Assembly (NCBI GenBank): GCA_003221005.1 | Contig: QHTZ01000074.1 | Coordinates: forward strand, 1 to 64,000 | Source of the DNA: Gemmatimonadota bacterium | Lineage (GTDB): Bacteria; Gemmatimonadota; Gemmatimonadetes; Gemmatimonadales; GWC2-71-9 | DNA length: 64,000 bases | Direction of reading: 5' to 3' | Shown here: in pieces, positions 7,439 to 15,793 of the stretch | How positions within the stretch are numbered: the stretch's first letter is position 1 | How the letters are laid out: every line of letters starts with the position of its first letter | Notes under the pieces: generated by a model | Seen by the model: only the letters and a program-made list of their open reading frames with translations | Told to the model about the DNA's origin: nothing | Database searches by the model: none | Program-made: the position numbers and the translations under genes

Positions 7439-8847
7439 TCCCCATGCCGCTCCGGCCGTTCGTCGGGGGCAAGGACGCCCTCGAGCTCGACGGGGGGAGC
7501 GTGGGCGAGGTGCTGGAACAGCTCACGATCGAGCACAGCGGGCTCCGCAAGCACCTGTTCGGGGACGACGGCCGGCTGCGGAGCTTCGTGAACGTGTACG
7601 TGAACGACCGGGATATCCGGCAGCTAGCGCAGCAGCAGACACAGGTGGCGGCGGGCGACACGGTCTCGATCATTCCGAGTATCGCTGGAGGGACCGCGGT
7701 GGCCGATACGCTGCCCAAGCTGTCGCACGAAGAGATCCTGCGGTACTCGCGCCATCTCATTCTCCCGGACGTCGGCGTCGAGGGGCAGCGTAAGCTGAAG
7801 GCTGCGCGCGTCCTGCTGATAGGCGCCGGCGGGCTCGGGTCCCCCGCGGCGCTCTATCTGGCGGCGGCCGGCATCGGGACTCTCGGCATGGTCGATTTCG
7901 ACGTCGTCGACAAGACCAATCTGCAGCGCCAGATCCTGCACGGCACGCAAACCGTGGGTGTCCCGAAGCTCGAGTCGGCGCGACGGCGCATCGAGGACCT
8001 CAATCCGAACGTCCAGGTGGAGACGTTCGAGACGCGGCTCACCTCCGAGAACGCGCTGGACATCATCCGTGAGTTCGACGTGGTGGCGGACGGGACCGAT
8101 AACTTTGCCACGCGCTACCTGGTCAACGACGCGTGCGTCCTGCTCGGCAAGCCCAACGTGTACGGGTCCATCTTCCGGTTCGAAGGCCAGGCGTCGGTGT
8201 TCTACGCCAAGGAAGGTCCCTGCTACCGCTGCCTCTATCCGGAGCCGCCCCCGCCGGGCTTGGTGCCATCGTGCGCCGAAGGCGGCGTGCTCGGCGTGCT
8301 CCCGGGGATCATCGGGTCGATCCAGGCCATGGAGACGATCAAGCTCGTCCTCGGCCGGGGCGAGCTCCTCATCGGGCGGCTGCTGCTCTTCGACGCCCTC
8401 CGGCTCAAGTTCCGCGAGCTGAAGCTCGAGCGCGATCCCGACTGTCCCGTGTGCGGGCGCAACCCGACGATTACGTCGCTCATCGACTACGAGGCGTTCT
8501 GCGGCGTCGGGCCGGAGCCGGCGTACGACGGCGCCGAGGTGACCGTGCTCGATCTGAAGGAAGAGCTGGACGCGGGGAAGCCGATCGCGATCGTGGACGT
8601 GCGGGAGCCGCACGAGTACGAGATCGCGAGCATCCCCGGCGCCCGCTTGATTCCGCTCGGCGAGCTGCCCGAGCGGTTACGCGAGCTCGATGACCACGCC
8701 GAGATCGTCACGCACTGCCATCACGGCGCGCGCTCCCTCAAAGCGCTCGAGATCCTGCGCGCCGCCGGCTTCTCCAAAGTCCGCAGCCTGAAAGGCGGCA
8801 TCGATGCCTGGGCGGTCAACGTGGATCCGGAGATGCCGAGATACTAG
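7420..8847 (+). CDS. moeB: Fusion of a MoaD/ThiS/CysO-like ubiquitin-like sulfur carrier (aa 1-91, ends IAGG), a MoeB/ThiF E1 domain and a rhodanese domain (MoeZ-like)
   Basis: FVNVYVN...GDTVSIIPSIAGG; RYSRH, IGAGGLG, CYRC, PSCAEGG, CPVC; rhodanese HCHHGARS; no stop between domains. Confidence 0.9.
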   Translation: MAVTVLIPMPLRPFVGGKDALELDGGSVGEVLEQLTIEHSGLRKHLFGDDGRLRSFVNVYVNDRDIRQLAQQQTQVAAGDTVSIIPSIAGGTAVADTLPKLSHEEILRYSRHLILPDVGVEGQRKLKAARVLLIGAGGLGSPAALYLAAAGIGTLGMVDFDVVDKTNLQRQILHGTQTVGVPKLESARRRIEDLNPNVQVETFETRLTSENALDIIREFDVVADGTDNFATRYLVNDACVLLGKPNVYGSIFRFEGQASVFYAKEGPCYRCLYPEPPPPGLVPSCAEGGVLGVLPGIIGSIQAMETIKLVLGRGELLIGRLLLFDALRLKFRELKLERDPDCPVCGRNPTITSLIDYEAFCGVGPEPAYDGAEVTVLDLKEELDAGKPIAIVDVREPHEYEIASIPGARLIPLGELPERLRELDDHAEIVTHCHHGARSLKALEILRAAGFSKVRSLKGGIDAWAVNVDPEMPRY

Positions 8848-8848
8848 G

Positions 8849-8941
8849 CGGGTAGACGGGTAGACGGGTAGACAGACAAGGGCGGCGATCTGACCACGAG
8901 CCGCCCTCAGGTTTTCCTACCCGTCTCGCCGTCTACGTCTA
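8849..8941. repeat. Intergenic 8-nt tandem inverted-repeat hairpin; may also act as a terminator between convergent genes
   Basis: (CGGGTAGA)x3 at 8849-8872, inner stem AGGGCGGC/GCCGCCCT, degenerate inverse CTACCCGTCT...GTCTAC. Confidence 0.6.
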
Positions 8942-8947
8942 GTAGGT

Positions 8948-9032
<85 letters not shown>

Positions 9033-9050
9033 TGGGGGTTGGAACGGCGA

Positions 9051-9117
9051 ATAATAGGCCGCGGTATAACCTCAAGTCAACTCTTGGCTTGACCGCCCTC
9101 AACCCGGTTTCTATCTT
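9051..9117. promoter_or_regulatory. Back-to-back sigma70 promoters for tRNA-Leu (-) and smpB (+)
   Basis: Minus strand TTGACT(9080-9075)-18-TATTAT(9056-9051); plus strand TTGACC(9089-9094)-17-TATCTT(9112-9117). Confidence 0.6.
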
Positions 9118-9128
9118 GGCCTGCCAGC

Positions 9129-9584
9129 TTGGACAAGCTCTCCATCGCCCGGAATCCGCGGGCGCGACATGACTACCATCTCCTGGAAACGTGGGAGGCC
9201 GGACTCGTGCTCACGGGAACGGAAGTCAAGTCGCTGCGCGCGCGGAAGGCCAGCCTGGGCGAAGCCTACGCGCACGTGCGCAACGGCGAGGTGTGGCTCG
9301 AAGGCATGAACATCTCGCCGTACGCAGCCGGCAGCTACAACAACCCTCCTCCCGCCCGTTCCCGCAAGCTCCTGCTGCACAAACGCGAGATCCGCAAGCT
9401 GATCGGCGGCACCACGCAGCGCGGCCTCACGCTGGTTCCTCTCGAGTTGTACTTCAAGGACGGCGTCGCCAAGGTGGCGCTCGCGCTCGCGCGCGCGAAG
9501 CGCACGCATGACAAGCGCGAAGAGCTGAAGCGGCGCGCCGTGGAGCGCGAAACGGCGCGGGCGTTTCGGGGGAAGCGGTCGTGA
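9129..9584 (+). CDS. smpB: SsrA-binding protein
   Basis: EAGLVLTGTEVKSLR, RKLLLHKREI, HDKRE. Confidence 0.97.
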   Translation: MDKLSIARNPRARHDYHLLETWEAGLVLTGTEVKSLRARKASLGEAYAHVRNGEVWLEGMNISPYAAGSYNNPPPARSRKLLLHKREIRKLIGGTTQRGLTLVPLELYFKDGVAKVALALARAKRTHDKREELKRRAVERETARAFRGKRS

Positions 9585-10765
9585 TCGCGCTCGTCGCGCT
9601 GCTGCTCGCACCCGCGCAAGTGGTGATCGTCACACCCCGCGGCGAGGCCGTGGTGCCGGTGACTACGGAGCGCGGCTCGGCGGCGTTGGCCGCGCCGCTG
9701 CTCGCGTGGCCCCTCGATCTCACCACAACCCTGGACGGCGCGCAGGCCACTGTAGGACTCGCGGGAACGGTGTTCGTCTTCCAGCTCGGAGCGCCCTACG
9801 TGCGCACGGGCGGGGCGGTGTACGCCCTGGTGGGCGCGCCCTACGTCGCGCGCGACACGCTCTTCCTGCCGCTCGACTGGCTCGCCGTGTCGCTGCCGCG
9901 GGTGCTGGGCGCGCGCTATCGCTGGGACGCGACCGCCGCGCGGCTCGAGGAGTTGCCCGAGAGCGTACCGTTCGCGAAGGCCGCGGCCGCCCCAGCGGGG
10001 ACGCTTGGGGCGCCGAATCAGCTGACCGGATTGCGACTGCCGCACTCCATCGTCATCGATCCTGGGCACGGCGGGGCGGATCCGGGGAACCCCGGCCTCT
10101 ATTTCCCGGCGGGGCTGGTCGAGAAGGACATCACGCTGCGCGTCGCGCGGCTGTTGCGCGCGGAGCTCACCCGCCGCGGCTTGGCCGCCCGGCTGACGCG
10201 CACCTCCGACACCCTCGTCGATCTCGCTGACCGGGGCGCCTTGTGCAGCAGCGACTGCGATCTGTTCGTCAGCATCCACGTCAACGCCATGCCGCCCGGG
10301 CGCCGGCGCGACCGGGCCAGCGGCGTCGAAACTTACTTCCTGTCCGATGCGAAGACCGAGGATCAGGCGCGGGTCGCCAAGATGGAGAACGACGCGATTC
10401 GCTTCGAGACGGGCGCCTCAGGTGCGCCCACGGGCCCGGTGGGATTCATCCTCCGCGACCTGCAGCTGAACGAGTACCTGCGCGAATCCGCCCGACTCGC
10501 CGAGCTGGTCGAGGAGCGCGTCAGCGTCGTCCACCCAGGGGGAGGCCGCGGGGTGCAGCAGGCGGGCTTCGTGGTGCTGAACACGGCACGCCGTCCCGCC
10601 ATCCTCGTCGAGACCGGCTTCGCGACCAATCGCGAGGACGCGACCTTTCTCGCGTCGGGCCTGGGCGAGCACAAGATCGCGAGCGCGATCGCAGACGGCA
10701 TCGTCGCCTACTTGCTCGAGTTCGAGCGCAAAGTCGCGGTCGCGGCCCCGCCGGGGGGCCGGTGA
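9581..10765 (+). CDS. N-acetylmuramoyl-L-alanine amidase (Amidase_3)
   Basis: IDPGHGG, EKDITL, FVSIHVN, AILVETGF. Confidence 0.92.
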   Translation: MIALVALLLAPAQVVIVTPRGEAVVPVTTERGSAALAAPLLAWPLDLTTTLDGAQATVGLAGTVFVFQLGAPYVRTGGAVYALVGAPYVARDTLFLPLDWLAVSLPRVLGARYRWDATAARLEELPESVPFAKAAAAPAGTLGAPNQLTGLRLPHSIVIDPGHGGADPGNPGLYFPAGLVEKDITLRVARLLRAELTRRGLAARLTRTSDTLVDLADRGALCSSDCDLFVSIHVNAMPPGRRRDRASGVETYFLSDAKTEDQARVAKMENDAIRFETGASGAPTGPVGFILRDLQLNEYLRESARLAELVEERVSVVHPGGGRGVQQAGFVVLNTARRPAILVETGFATNREDATFLASGLGEHKIASAIADGIVAYLLEFERKVAVAAPPGGR

Positions 10766-12234
10766 TGCGCGCTGCGGCGGTAGGGTTGGCGGCGGCGCTC
10801 GCCGGAAGCGCGTGCGGCTACTACAACGGCATGTGGAGCGCCGACCATTTGGCCGGCCAGGCCCGGAAGCAGGAGCAGGAGGGACGGCGTGAAGAGGCGC
10901 GCGCCTCGTGGGCTCAGGCGGCGGTCAAGGCCGAGTCCGTGGTGACTCGCCACCCGCACGGCCGCTGGGCCGATGCCGCGCTCGTGCTCCAGGGTGAGGG
11001 ACTCGCGAAGAGCGCGGACTGCGACCGCGCCGCCGCGCCGCTCGCCAGGGCGCTCGGGTCGGTGAAGGACACCGCGCTGCTCGAGCGGGCCGCGCTCGCC
11101 GCGGCGGAGTGCGACCTCGCGGGCCGTGACCTCGCGGCGGCAGAGCGGCTGCTCGGCCCGGTCACCCGCTCCGCTGACGGGCGGCGGGCCGCCCACGCCT
11201 GGTACTTGTCGGGCAGACTGGCCGAGCTGCGGGGCGATCGGGATGCGGCGGCGGAGCGGTATGGGCGTTCCGCCGAGCGCGCGGCGCGTCCCGCCCGCGC
11301 GCAAGTGCTGCTGGCGGCGGGCCACACCGAGGCTGGCGTCGCGCTACTCGACACGGTCGCGCACGGCGACTTCGAGGAGGAGGAGTGGGCGGGGCTGCTC
11401 GCGGACGTGAGCCGCGCGGCGAGCGCGGAGATTGCACGCCGCACGCTCGATCGCCTCCTCGCGCGTCGCCACGTTCCGGCAGGATCGCGTGCCCGGCTGC
11501 TGCTCGCGGACGCTGACCGCCTGTTTGCCGTCGGCGCGCTCGCCGCCGCCGCGGCCCGCTACGGGCAGGCGGCGGCCGCGGCGCCTGATTCGACGGATGG
11601 CCAGAGGGGGCGCGTGGGAGAGTTGCGCGTCCTCGCGGCGCAGGCCGAAAGCCTGGCCCAGCTGCGGGCAGTCGGCGAGCGGCTGGGCGCACTGCAGACG
11701 GCGATGGGCGGTGCCGCGGCCGCCGACAGCCGCGACTTCGAGCGCCGTGTCCGCCAGGTACTCGACGCGGACAACACGGCGGACGCCGCGCTGTTTCACC
11801 GCGCCGAGCTCGTCCGGGACTCGCTCGCCGCGCCGCGCCTCGCGGCGAGCCTGTTCCTCGCGTTCGCGCGCCAGCGCACGGCGTCGCTGTTCGCGCCCAA
11901 GGCGCTGGTCGCCGCCGCCCAGCTCGCCCCCGAGCGGGCCGAGTCGGTGAGCGCCGTGTTGCAGTCGGCGTATCCTGCGTCGCCCTACACCCTCGCGCTG
12001 CGGGGGGACGCGAGCCCAGGGTACGCGGCCGCTGAGGATTCCTTGGCCCGGGCGCTCGGCGTCGCCGTGGAGTTGCCGCCGGCGTTGCTCGGCCCGCAGG
12101 TGGCGCCGCCGGTACCGGGGCAGCGCGGCCCGCCGCTCGAGCCGCCCGCCGCCGGCCCCGCCCCCCTGCGGCCGGGGCAGCCCCGCGTCCCCGGCCGCAT
12201 GCCGGAGCGCCGCGCGGAGCCGGTTCGGCAGTGA
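10765..12234 (+). CDS. Helical-repeat (TPR-like) lipoprotein
   Basis: Lipobox-like GSAC followed by GYYNGMW; Ala-rich helical repeats; Pro-rich tail. Confidence 0.6.
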   Translation: MRAAAVGLAAALAGSACGYYNGMWSADHLAGQARKQEQEGRREEARASWAQAAVKAESVVTRHPHGRWADAALVLQGEGLAKSADCDRAAAPLARALGSVKDTALLERAALAAAECDLAGRDLAAAERLLGPVTRSADGRRAAHAWYLSGRLAELRGDRDAAAERYGRSAERAARPARAQVLLAAGHTEAGVALLDTVAHGDFEEEEWAGLLADVSRAASAEIARRTLDRLLARRHVPAGSRARLLLADADRLFAVGALAAAAARYGQAAAAAPDSTDGQRGRVGELRVLAAQAESLAQLRAVGERLGALQTAMGGAAAADSRDFERRVRQVLDADNTADAALFHRAELVRDSLAAPRLAASLFLAFARQRTASLFAPKALVAAAQLAPERAESVSAVLQSAYPASPYTLALRGDASPGYAAAEDSLARALGVAVELPPALLGPQVAPPVPGQRGPPLEPPAAGPAPLRPGQPRVPGRMPERRAEPVRQ

Positions 12235-13070
12235 GCGCCGTCAGCGTCCTCGGCGCCACCTTCCAGAATCCCGTCCTCCTCGCCGCCGGCACCGCCGGAT
12301 TCGGGCGCGAGGTACAGGACGTGATCGATCTCGAGGCCTTGGGCGGCGTGATCACCAAGGCGGTGACCCCGGAGCCCCGTCAGGGGCACGCGCCACCGCG
12401 CGTAGCCGAGTTCGCTGGCGGCATGCTGAACGCGGTCGGTCTCGCGAATCCCGGGCTTGCGACCGTAGCCCGCGACCACCTGCCCTGGGCGGCCACGCGG
12501 TTGCGGCGCGCCCGCGTGATCGTGAACGTGGCCGGCGCCGTCGTCGAGGACTACGCGCGCGTCGTCACCGAGCTGAGCGAGGCGCCCGGCATCACGGCGT
12601 TCGAGATCAACGCGTCCTGCCCCAACACCAGCGCCGGCGGCCTCGAGTTCGGTGCCGAGCCCCGGAGCCTGGCCGAGCTGGTGCGCCGTTGCCGGCGGGC
12701 GACGACACGGCCGCTCGTGGTCAAGTTGTCGCCCGTGCTGCCCGACATCGCCGCGATGGCGGACGTGGCCAAGGCGGAGGGAGCGGATGCGGTGAGCGTG
12801 GTCAACACGATCCCGGGGACATTGGATGGTCGGCTCGGCAACGGGATCGGGGGGGTGAGCGGGCCGGCGCTCTTGCCGATCGGGGTGCTGGCCACGCGGC
12901 GGGTGGTGGCGCGGACGGCGCTCCCCGTGATCGGGGTCGGCGGTATCCGCACGGCGAGCGACGCGCGTGCGTACCTGGCGGCGGGCGCGGCCCTCGTGGC
13001 GGTCGGCACAGCCGCGCTCGCGGATCCGCGCGTGCCCGAGCGTATCGCGCGGGAGCTGTCCCATGGCTGA
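12231..13070 (+). CDS. pyrD: Dihydroorotate dehydrogenase, class 1
   Basis: MLNAVGLANPG, EINASCPN, VKLSP, GGVSG. Confidence 0.93.
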   Translation: MSAVSVLGATFQNPVLLAAGTAGFGREVQDVIDLEALGGVITKAVTPEPRQGHAPPRVAEFAGGMLNAVGLANPGLATVARDHLPWAATRLRRARVIVNVAGAVVEDYARVVTELSEAPGITAFEINASCPNTSAGGLEFGAEPRSLAELVRRCRRATTRPLVVKLSPVLPDIAAMADVAKAEGADAVSVVNTIPGTLDGRLGNGIGGVSGPALLPIGVLATRRVVARTALPVIGVGGIRTASDARAYLAAGAALVAVGTAALADPRVPERIARELSHG

Positions 13071-13737
13071 GCTCGTGGTGGCGCTGGACGTGCCGAGTGC
13101 GCGGGAGGCGCTCGACCTGGCCGACCGGCTGCGCGGGTTACGGTGGGCCAAGATCGGGCCGGCCCTCTTGGTACGCGAAGGTTCGGCGGTGGTGCGGGAG
13201 CTCGCCGCTCGCGGGGTGCGCGTGTTTCTGGATCTCAAGTGGCACGACATTCCCAGCACCGTGGCCCACGCCGTGACGGCGGCGCGCGAGCTCGGCGTGG
13301 CGCTCGCGACGGTCCACTGCCTCGGCGGGCGCGCGATGCTCGAGGCGGCGGTGGCGGCGGCGGGGGACCTACCGCTGGTAGGGGTCACCGTCCTGACCGC
13401 ACACGACGCCGGCGGGTTCGAACAAGTCGTGGGTCGCGGCGTGCCCGACCTCGGCTTTGAAGCCGAGCGTCTCGGGCGGATGGCGTGCGCTGCGGGCCTG
13501 CGCGGCGTGGTTGCCTCCGGTGCTGAGCTCGCGATCCTGCGGGAGGCGCTCGGGCCGGACCCGTGGATCGTGGTCCCGGGGATTCGACTGCCAGGCGAGC
13601 CGACAGGCGATCAGGCGCGCACGGTGAGCGCCGACGAGGCAGTCCGGCGTGGCGCGACGCATCTCGTGGTCGGTCGGCCGATCATCGCTGCCCGGGATCC
13701 GGTCGCAGCGTTCCGGCGGTTGGTGGAGGCCGTGTGA
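13063..13737 (+). CDS. pyrF: Orotidine-5'-phosphate decarboxylase
   Basis: VALD, FLDLKWHDIPST, VPGIR, VVGRPI. Confidence 0.95.
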   Translation: MAELVVALDVPSAREALDLADRLRGLRWAKIGPALLVREGSAVVRELAARGVRVFLDLKWHDIPSTVAHAVTAARELGVALATVHCLGGRAMLEAAVAAAGDLPLVGVTVLTAHDAGGFEQVVGRGVPDLGFEAERLGRMACAAGLRGVVASGAELAILREALGPDPWIVVPGIRLPGEPTGDQARTVSADEAVRRGATHLVVGRPIIAARDPVAAFRRLVEAV

Positions 13738-14141
13738 GGGCGTGCGTCCTGTTGCTGTTCTGCGTGGCTCATCCGCTCGTCGCCCAGCACGGCCTCGAGG
13801 ACGCAGCGCGGGCAGCGCAGGCCGCGTGGCTCGTGCACGATCCTCAAGCCCTCGTGGGCCGGAGTGCGGCGGTCGCGCTGCAGATTCCGGGGACGAATCC
13901 CTCGGGGCCGCTCGGGAGTGCCCAGGCGGTCGAGCTGTTACGCCGCTATCTGCGCTCGGCCAGCGAGCGGTCCGTGACAGTGCGGAGCGTGCGCGAGGTG
14001 GCGCCGGGGAGCGGGTTCGTGGAGCTCGAGCGCGAGTACGCAGTGCTCGGCACGAAGGATGTGCGACGAGAGACGCTCTTCCTTCGGTTTCGGGCGACGG
14101 GGGGTCGCTGGGAGCTGACTGAGGTGCGCAGCGCCCCCTAA
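13734..14141 (+). CDS. Hypothetical exported protein (possibly NTF2/DUF4783-like)
   Basis: GTG overlapping the pyrF stop; signal peptide ending LVA-Q; ends WELTEVR. Confidence 0.55.
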   Translation: MRACVLLLFCVAHPLVAQHGLEDAARAAQAAWLVHDPQALVGRSAAVALQIPGTNPSGPLGSAQAVELLRRYLRSASERSVTVRSVREVAPGSGFVELEREYAVLGTKDVRRETLFLRFRATGGRWELTEVRSAP

Positions 14142-14196
14142 TCGGTAGTGGGTGTTTGACCCTCATGCTTGACCGTTCTGGCATGATTCTTGGGCC

Positions 14197-14225
14197 TTGC
14201 ATTCTTGCGCTGATACGCGTAGCCT
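14197..14225 (+). promoter_or_regulatory. Sigma70-like promoter of the cargo gene (leaderless)
   Basis: TTGCAT-17-TAGCCT ending 7 nt before ATG 14233. Confidence 0.5.
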
Positions 14226-14232
14226 TGCGGCT

Positions 14233-14466
14233 ATGCCTAAACGGTCAAGCACCCCCCCGGGGGACGAGAATAAGGCTGCCCTAGAAGCCATTGCCCGTCT
14301 TACGGGTTCGACGCCAGAGGAACTGGAAGGTAAGAATCCTGCGGCCGTGGCCTTGGGTAGAATGGGCGGTAAGAAGGGCGGACCTGCGCGCGCCAAGAAA
14401 TTGAGCGCACAGCGGCGCAAACAGATTGCCCGAGACGCTGCACGGGCTCGTTGGCGTTCCAGATAG
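14233..14466 (+). CDS. Small basic KGG-motif protein (77 aa), putative nucleic-acid-binding cargo of the element
   Basis: KNPAAVALGRMGGKKGGPARAKKLSAQRRKQIARDAARARW, a motif I recognise from small mobile-element-associated proteins. Confidence 0.75.
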   Translation: MPKRSSTPPGDENKAALEAIARLTGSTPEELEGKNPAAVALGRMGGKKGGPARAKKLSAQRRKQIARDAARARWRSR

Positions 14467-14725
14467 GCTCGTATGCCTTTGCAATTGCCCGTCCCGAATC
14501 GGATCGTCGAGGAACACCTCGACGAACTGGCGCGACGACTAGAAGCCGTGATGGAAGCGGACGTGCTCGCGTTCATTCGCCGACTCCGCGGCCAGGGAGG
14601 CGGTCCCGGTCATAATCTGGTTCGGCCTTTCACCAGAAGGCTTGAACGGACCAAAACTGCCACGCCGCCGCTGCCCCAAAAGCGGTCTCGTCGCTACAGG
14701 CAGACCTTGAAAAGGTCCCTAAACA

Positions 14726-14794
14726 GGGCTCACGGATCACGTCTGGACCGTCGCGGATGTGGTCGCCCTACTCGACCAGAATTTGGTCGCTTGA
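14726..14794 (+). pseudogene. C-terminal remnant of an IS1-family transposase
   Basis: Reads GLTDHVWTVADVVALLDQNLVA-stop directly before the right TIR, resembling the TPAMAAGLTDHVW tail of IS1-like transposases; an in-frame TAA lies just upstream. Confidence 0.7.
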
Positions 14795-14825
14795 AATTGA
14801 CCCACTACCCCCCTAATCGCGCCCC

Positions 14826-14854
14826 TTGCGTGGAGTTACGGGCCCGGCTATAGT
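14826..14854 (+). promoter_or_regulatory. Sigma70 promoter for the rpmJ-alpha operon
   Basis: TTGCGT-17-TATAGT. Confidence 0.6.
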
Positions 14855-14893
14855 TACAGACTAGGCCGCAATCTTTCCCTGGAGACCATTCGG

Positions 14894-15010
14894 TTGAAGG
14901 TTCGCTCGAGCGTGAAGCCGATCTGCGAGCACTGCAAGGTGATCAAGCGCCGGGGCGTGATCCGCGTCATCTGCAAGCGGAATCCCAAGCACCGGCAGCG
15001 GCAAGGGTAG
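14894..15010 (+). CDS. rpmJ: 50S ribosomal protein L36 (absent from the ORF track)
   Basis: TTG start after GGAG; [38 protein letters not shown]. Confidence 0.97.
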   Translation: MKVRSSVKPICEHCKVIKRRGVIRVICKRNPKHRQRQG

Positions 15011-15013
15011 GGG

Positions 15014-15397
15014 ATGGCACGTATTGCGGGTGTGGACCTGCCGCGCGAAAAGAAAATCCTGTACGCCCTTCCGTACATCTACGGCATCGGCCCGAGTAAC
15101 GCCCGCAAGATCCTCGCGGAGACGGGGGTCAACGCGGACGCGCGGGTACGCGATCTGCGCGACGCCGAAGTGGCCCGGTTGCGGCAGGTGATCGAGCGGG
15201 ACTACAAGGTCGAGGGCGCGCTGCGCACCGAGGTCGCGATGAACATCAAGCGGTTGATGGACATCGGGACGTATCGTGGCTCGCGCCACCGCAAGAACCT
15301 CCCGGTGCGCGGCCAGCGCACGCATACCAACGCGCGCACCAAGAAGGGACCGCGGCGCGCGATCGCGGGCAAGAAGAAGCCCCTGCTCAAAAAGTAA
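15014..15397 (+). CDS. rpsM: 30S ribosomal protein S13
   Basis: [10 protein letters not shown]...[17 protein letters not shown]. Confidence 0.98.
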   Translation: MARIAGVDLPREKKILYALPYIYGIGPSNARKILAETGVNADARVRDLRDAEVARLRQVIERDYKVEGALRTEVAMNIKRLMDIGTYRGSRHRKNLPVRGQRTHTNARTKKGPRRAIAGKKKPLLKK

Positions 15398-15790
15398 ATG
15401 GCCCAAGCGAAGCCGGCGGGCGCCAAGCGCGCCAAGAAGGTGGTCGAGGCGGAGGGGATCGCCCACATCACCGCGACGTTCAACAACACGCTGATCACGA
15501 TCACCGACATGCAGGGGAACGCCGTGACCTGGGGCTCCGCGGGCAAGGCCGGGTTCCAGGGCTCGAAGAAGTCCACGCCGTTCGCAGCTACGGTGGCCGC
15601 CGAGCAGGCGGCGCGCGAAGCGATCAACCTTGGCGTGCGCCGGGTCCATGTGCGCGTGCAAGGGCCGGGCTCAGGGCGCGAGTCGGCGATTCAAGCCCTC
15701 GCGACGGCCGGCCTCCAGATCCGGTCGATCCGCGACGTGACCCCGATCCCCCACAACGGCTGCCGGCCGCCCAAGAAGCGGCGGGTCTAG
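15398..15790 (+). CDS. rpsK: 30S ribosomal protein S11
   Basis: [31 protein letters not shown]. Confidence 0.98.
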   Translation: MAQAKPAGAKRAKKVVEAEGIAHITATFNNTLITITDMQGNAVTWGSAGKAGFQGSKKSTPFAATVAAEQAAREAINLGVRRVHVRVQGPGSGRESAIQALATAGLQIRSIRDVTPIPHNGCRPPKKRRV

Positions 15791-15793
15791 GCG

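Larger units (their letters stand above)
14144..14809. mobile_element. Internally deleted, non-autonomous IS1-family-like element (666 bp)
   Basis: Terminal inverted repeats GGTAGTGGGT (14144-14153) and ACCCACTACC (14800-14809); 9-bp direct repeat CCCCTAATC at 14135-14143 and 14810-14818; visibly lower GC; transposase C-terminal remnant. Confidence 0.85.

Noticed and set aside
6986-8847. JAB + E1 + Ubl as a CBASS/Bil-type antiphage conjugation system
   Set aside because: No E2, cyclase or effector; the E1 has a rhodanese domain and the neighbours are sulfur-metabolism genes
14473-14853. 126-aa ORF as a real gene
   Set aside because: It crosses the right TIR and target duplication into the rpmJ promoter and overlaps the transposase remnant in another frame; likely a chimeric leftover
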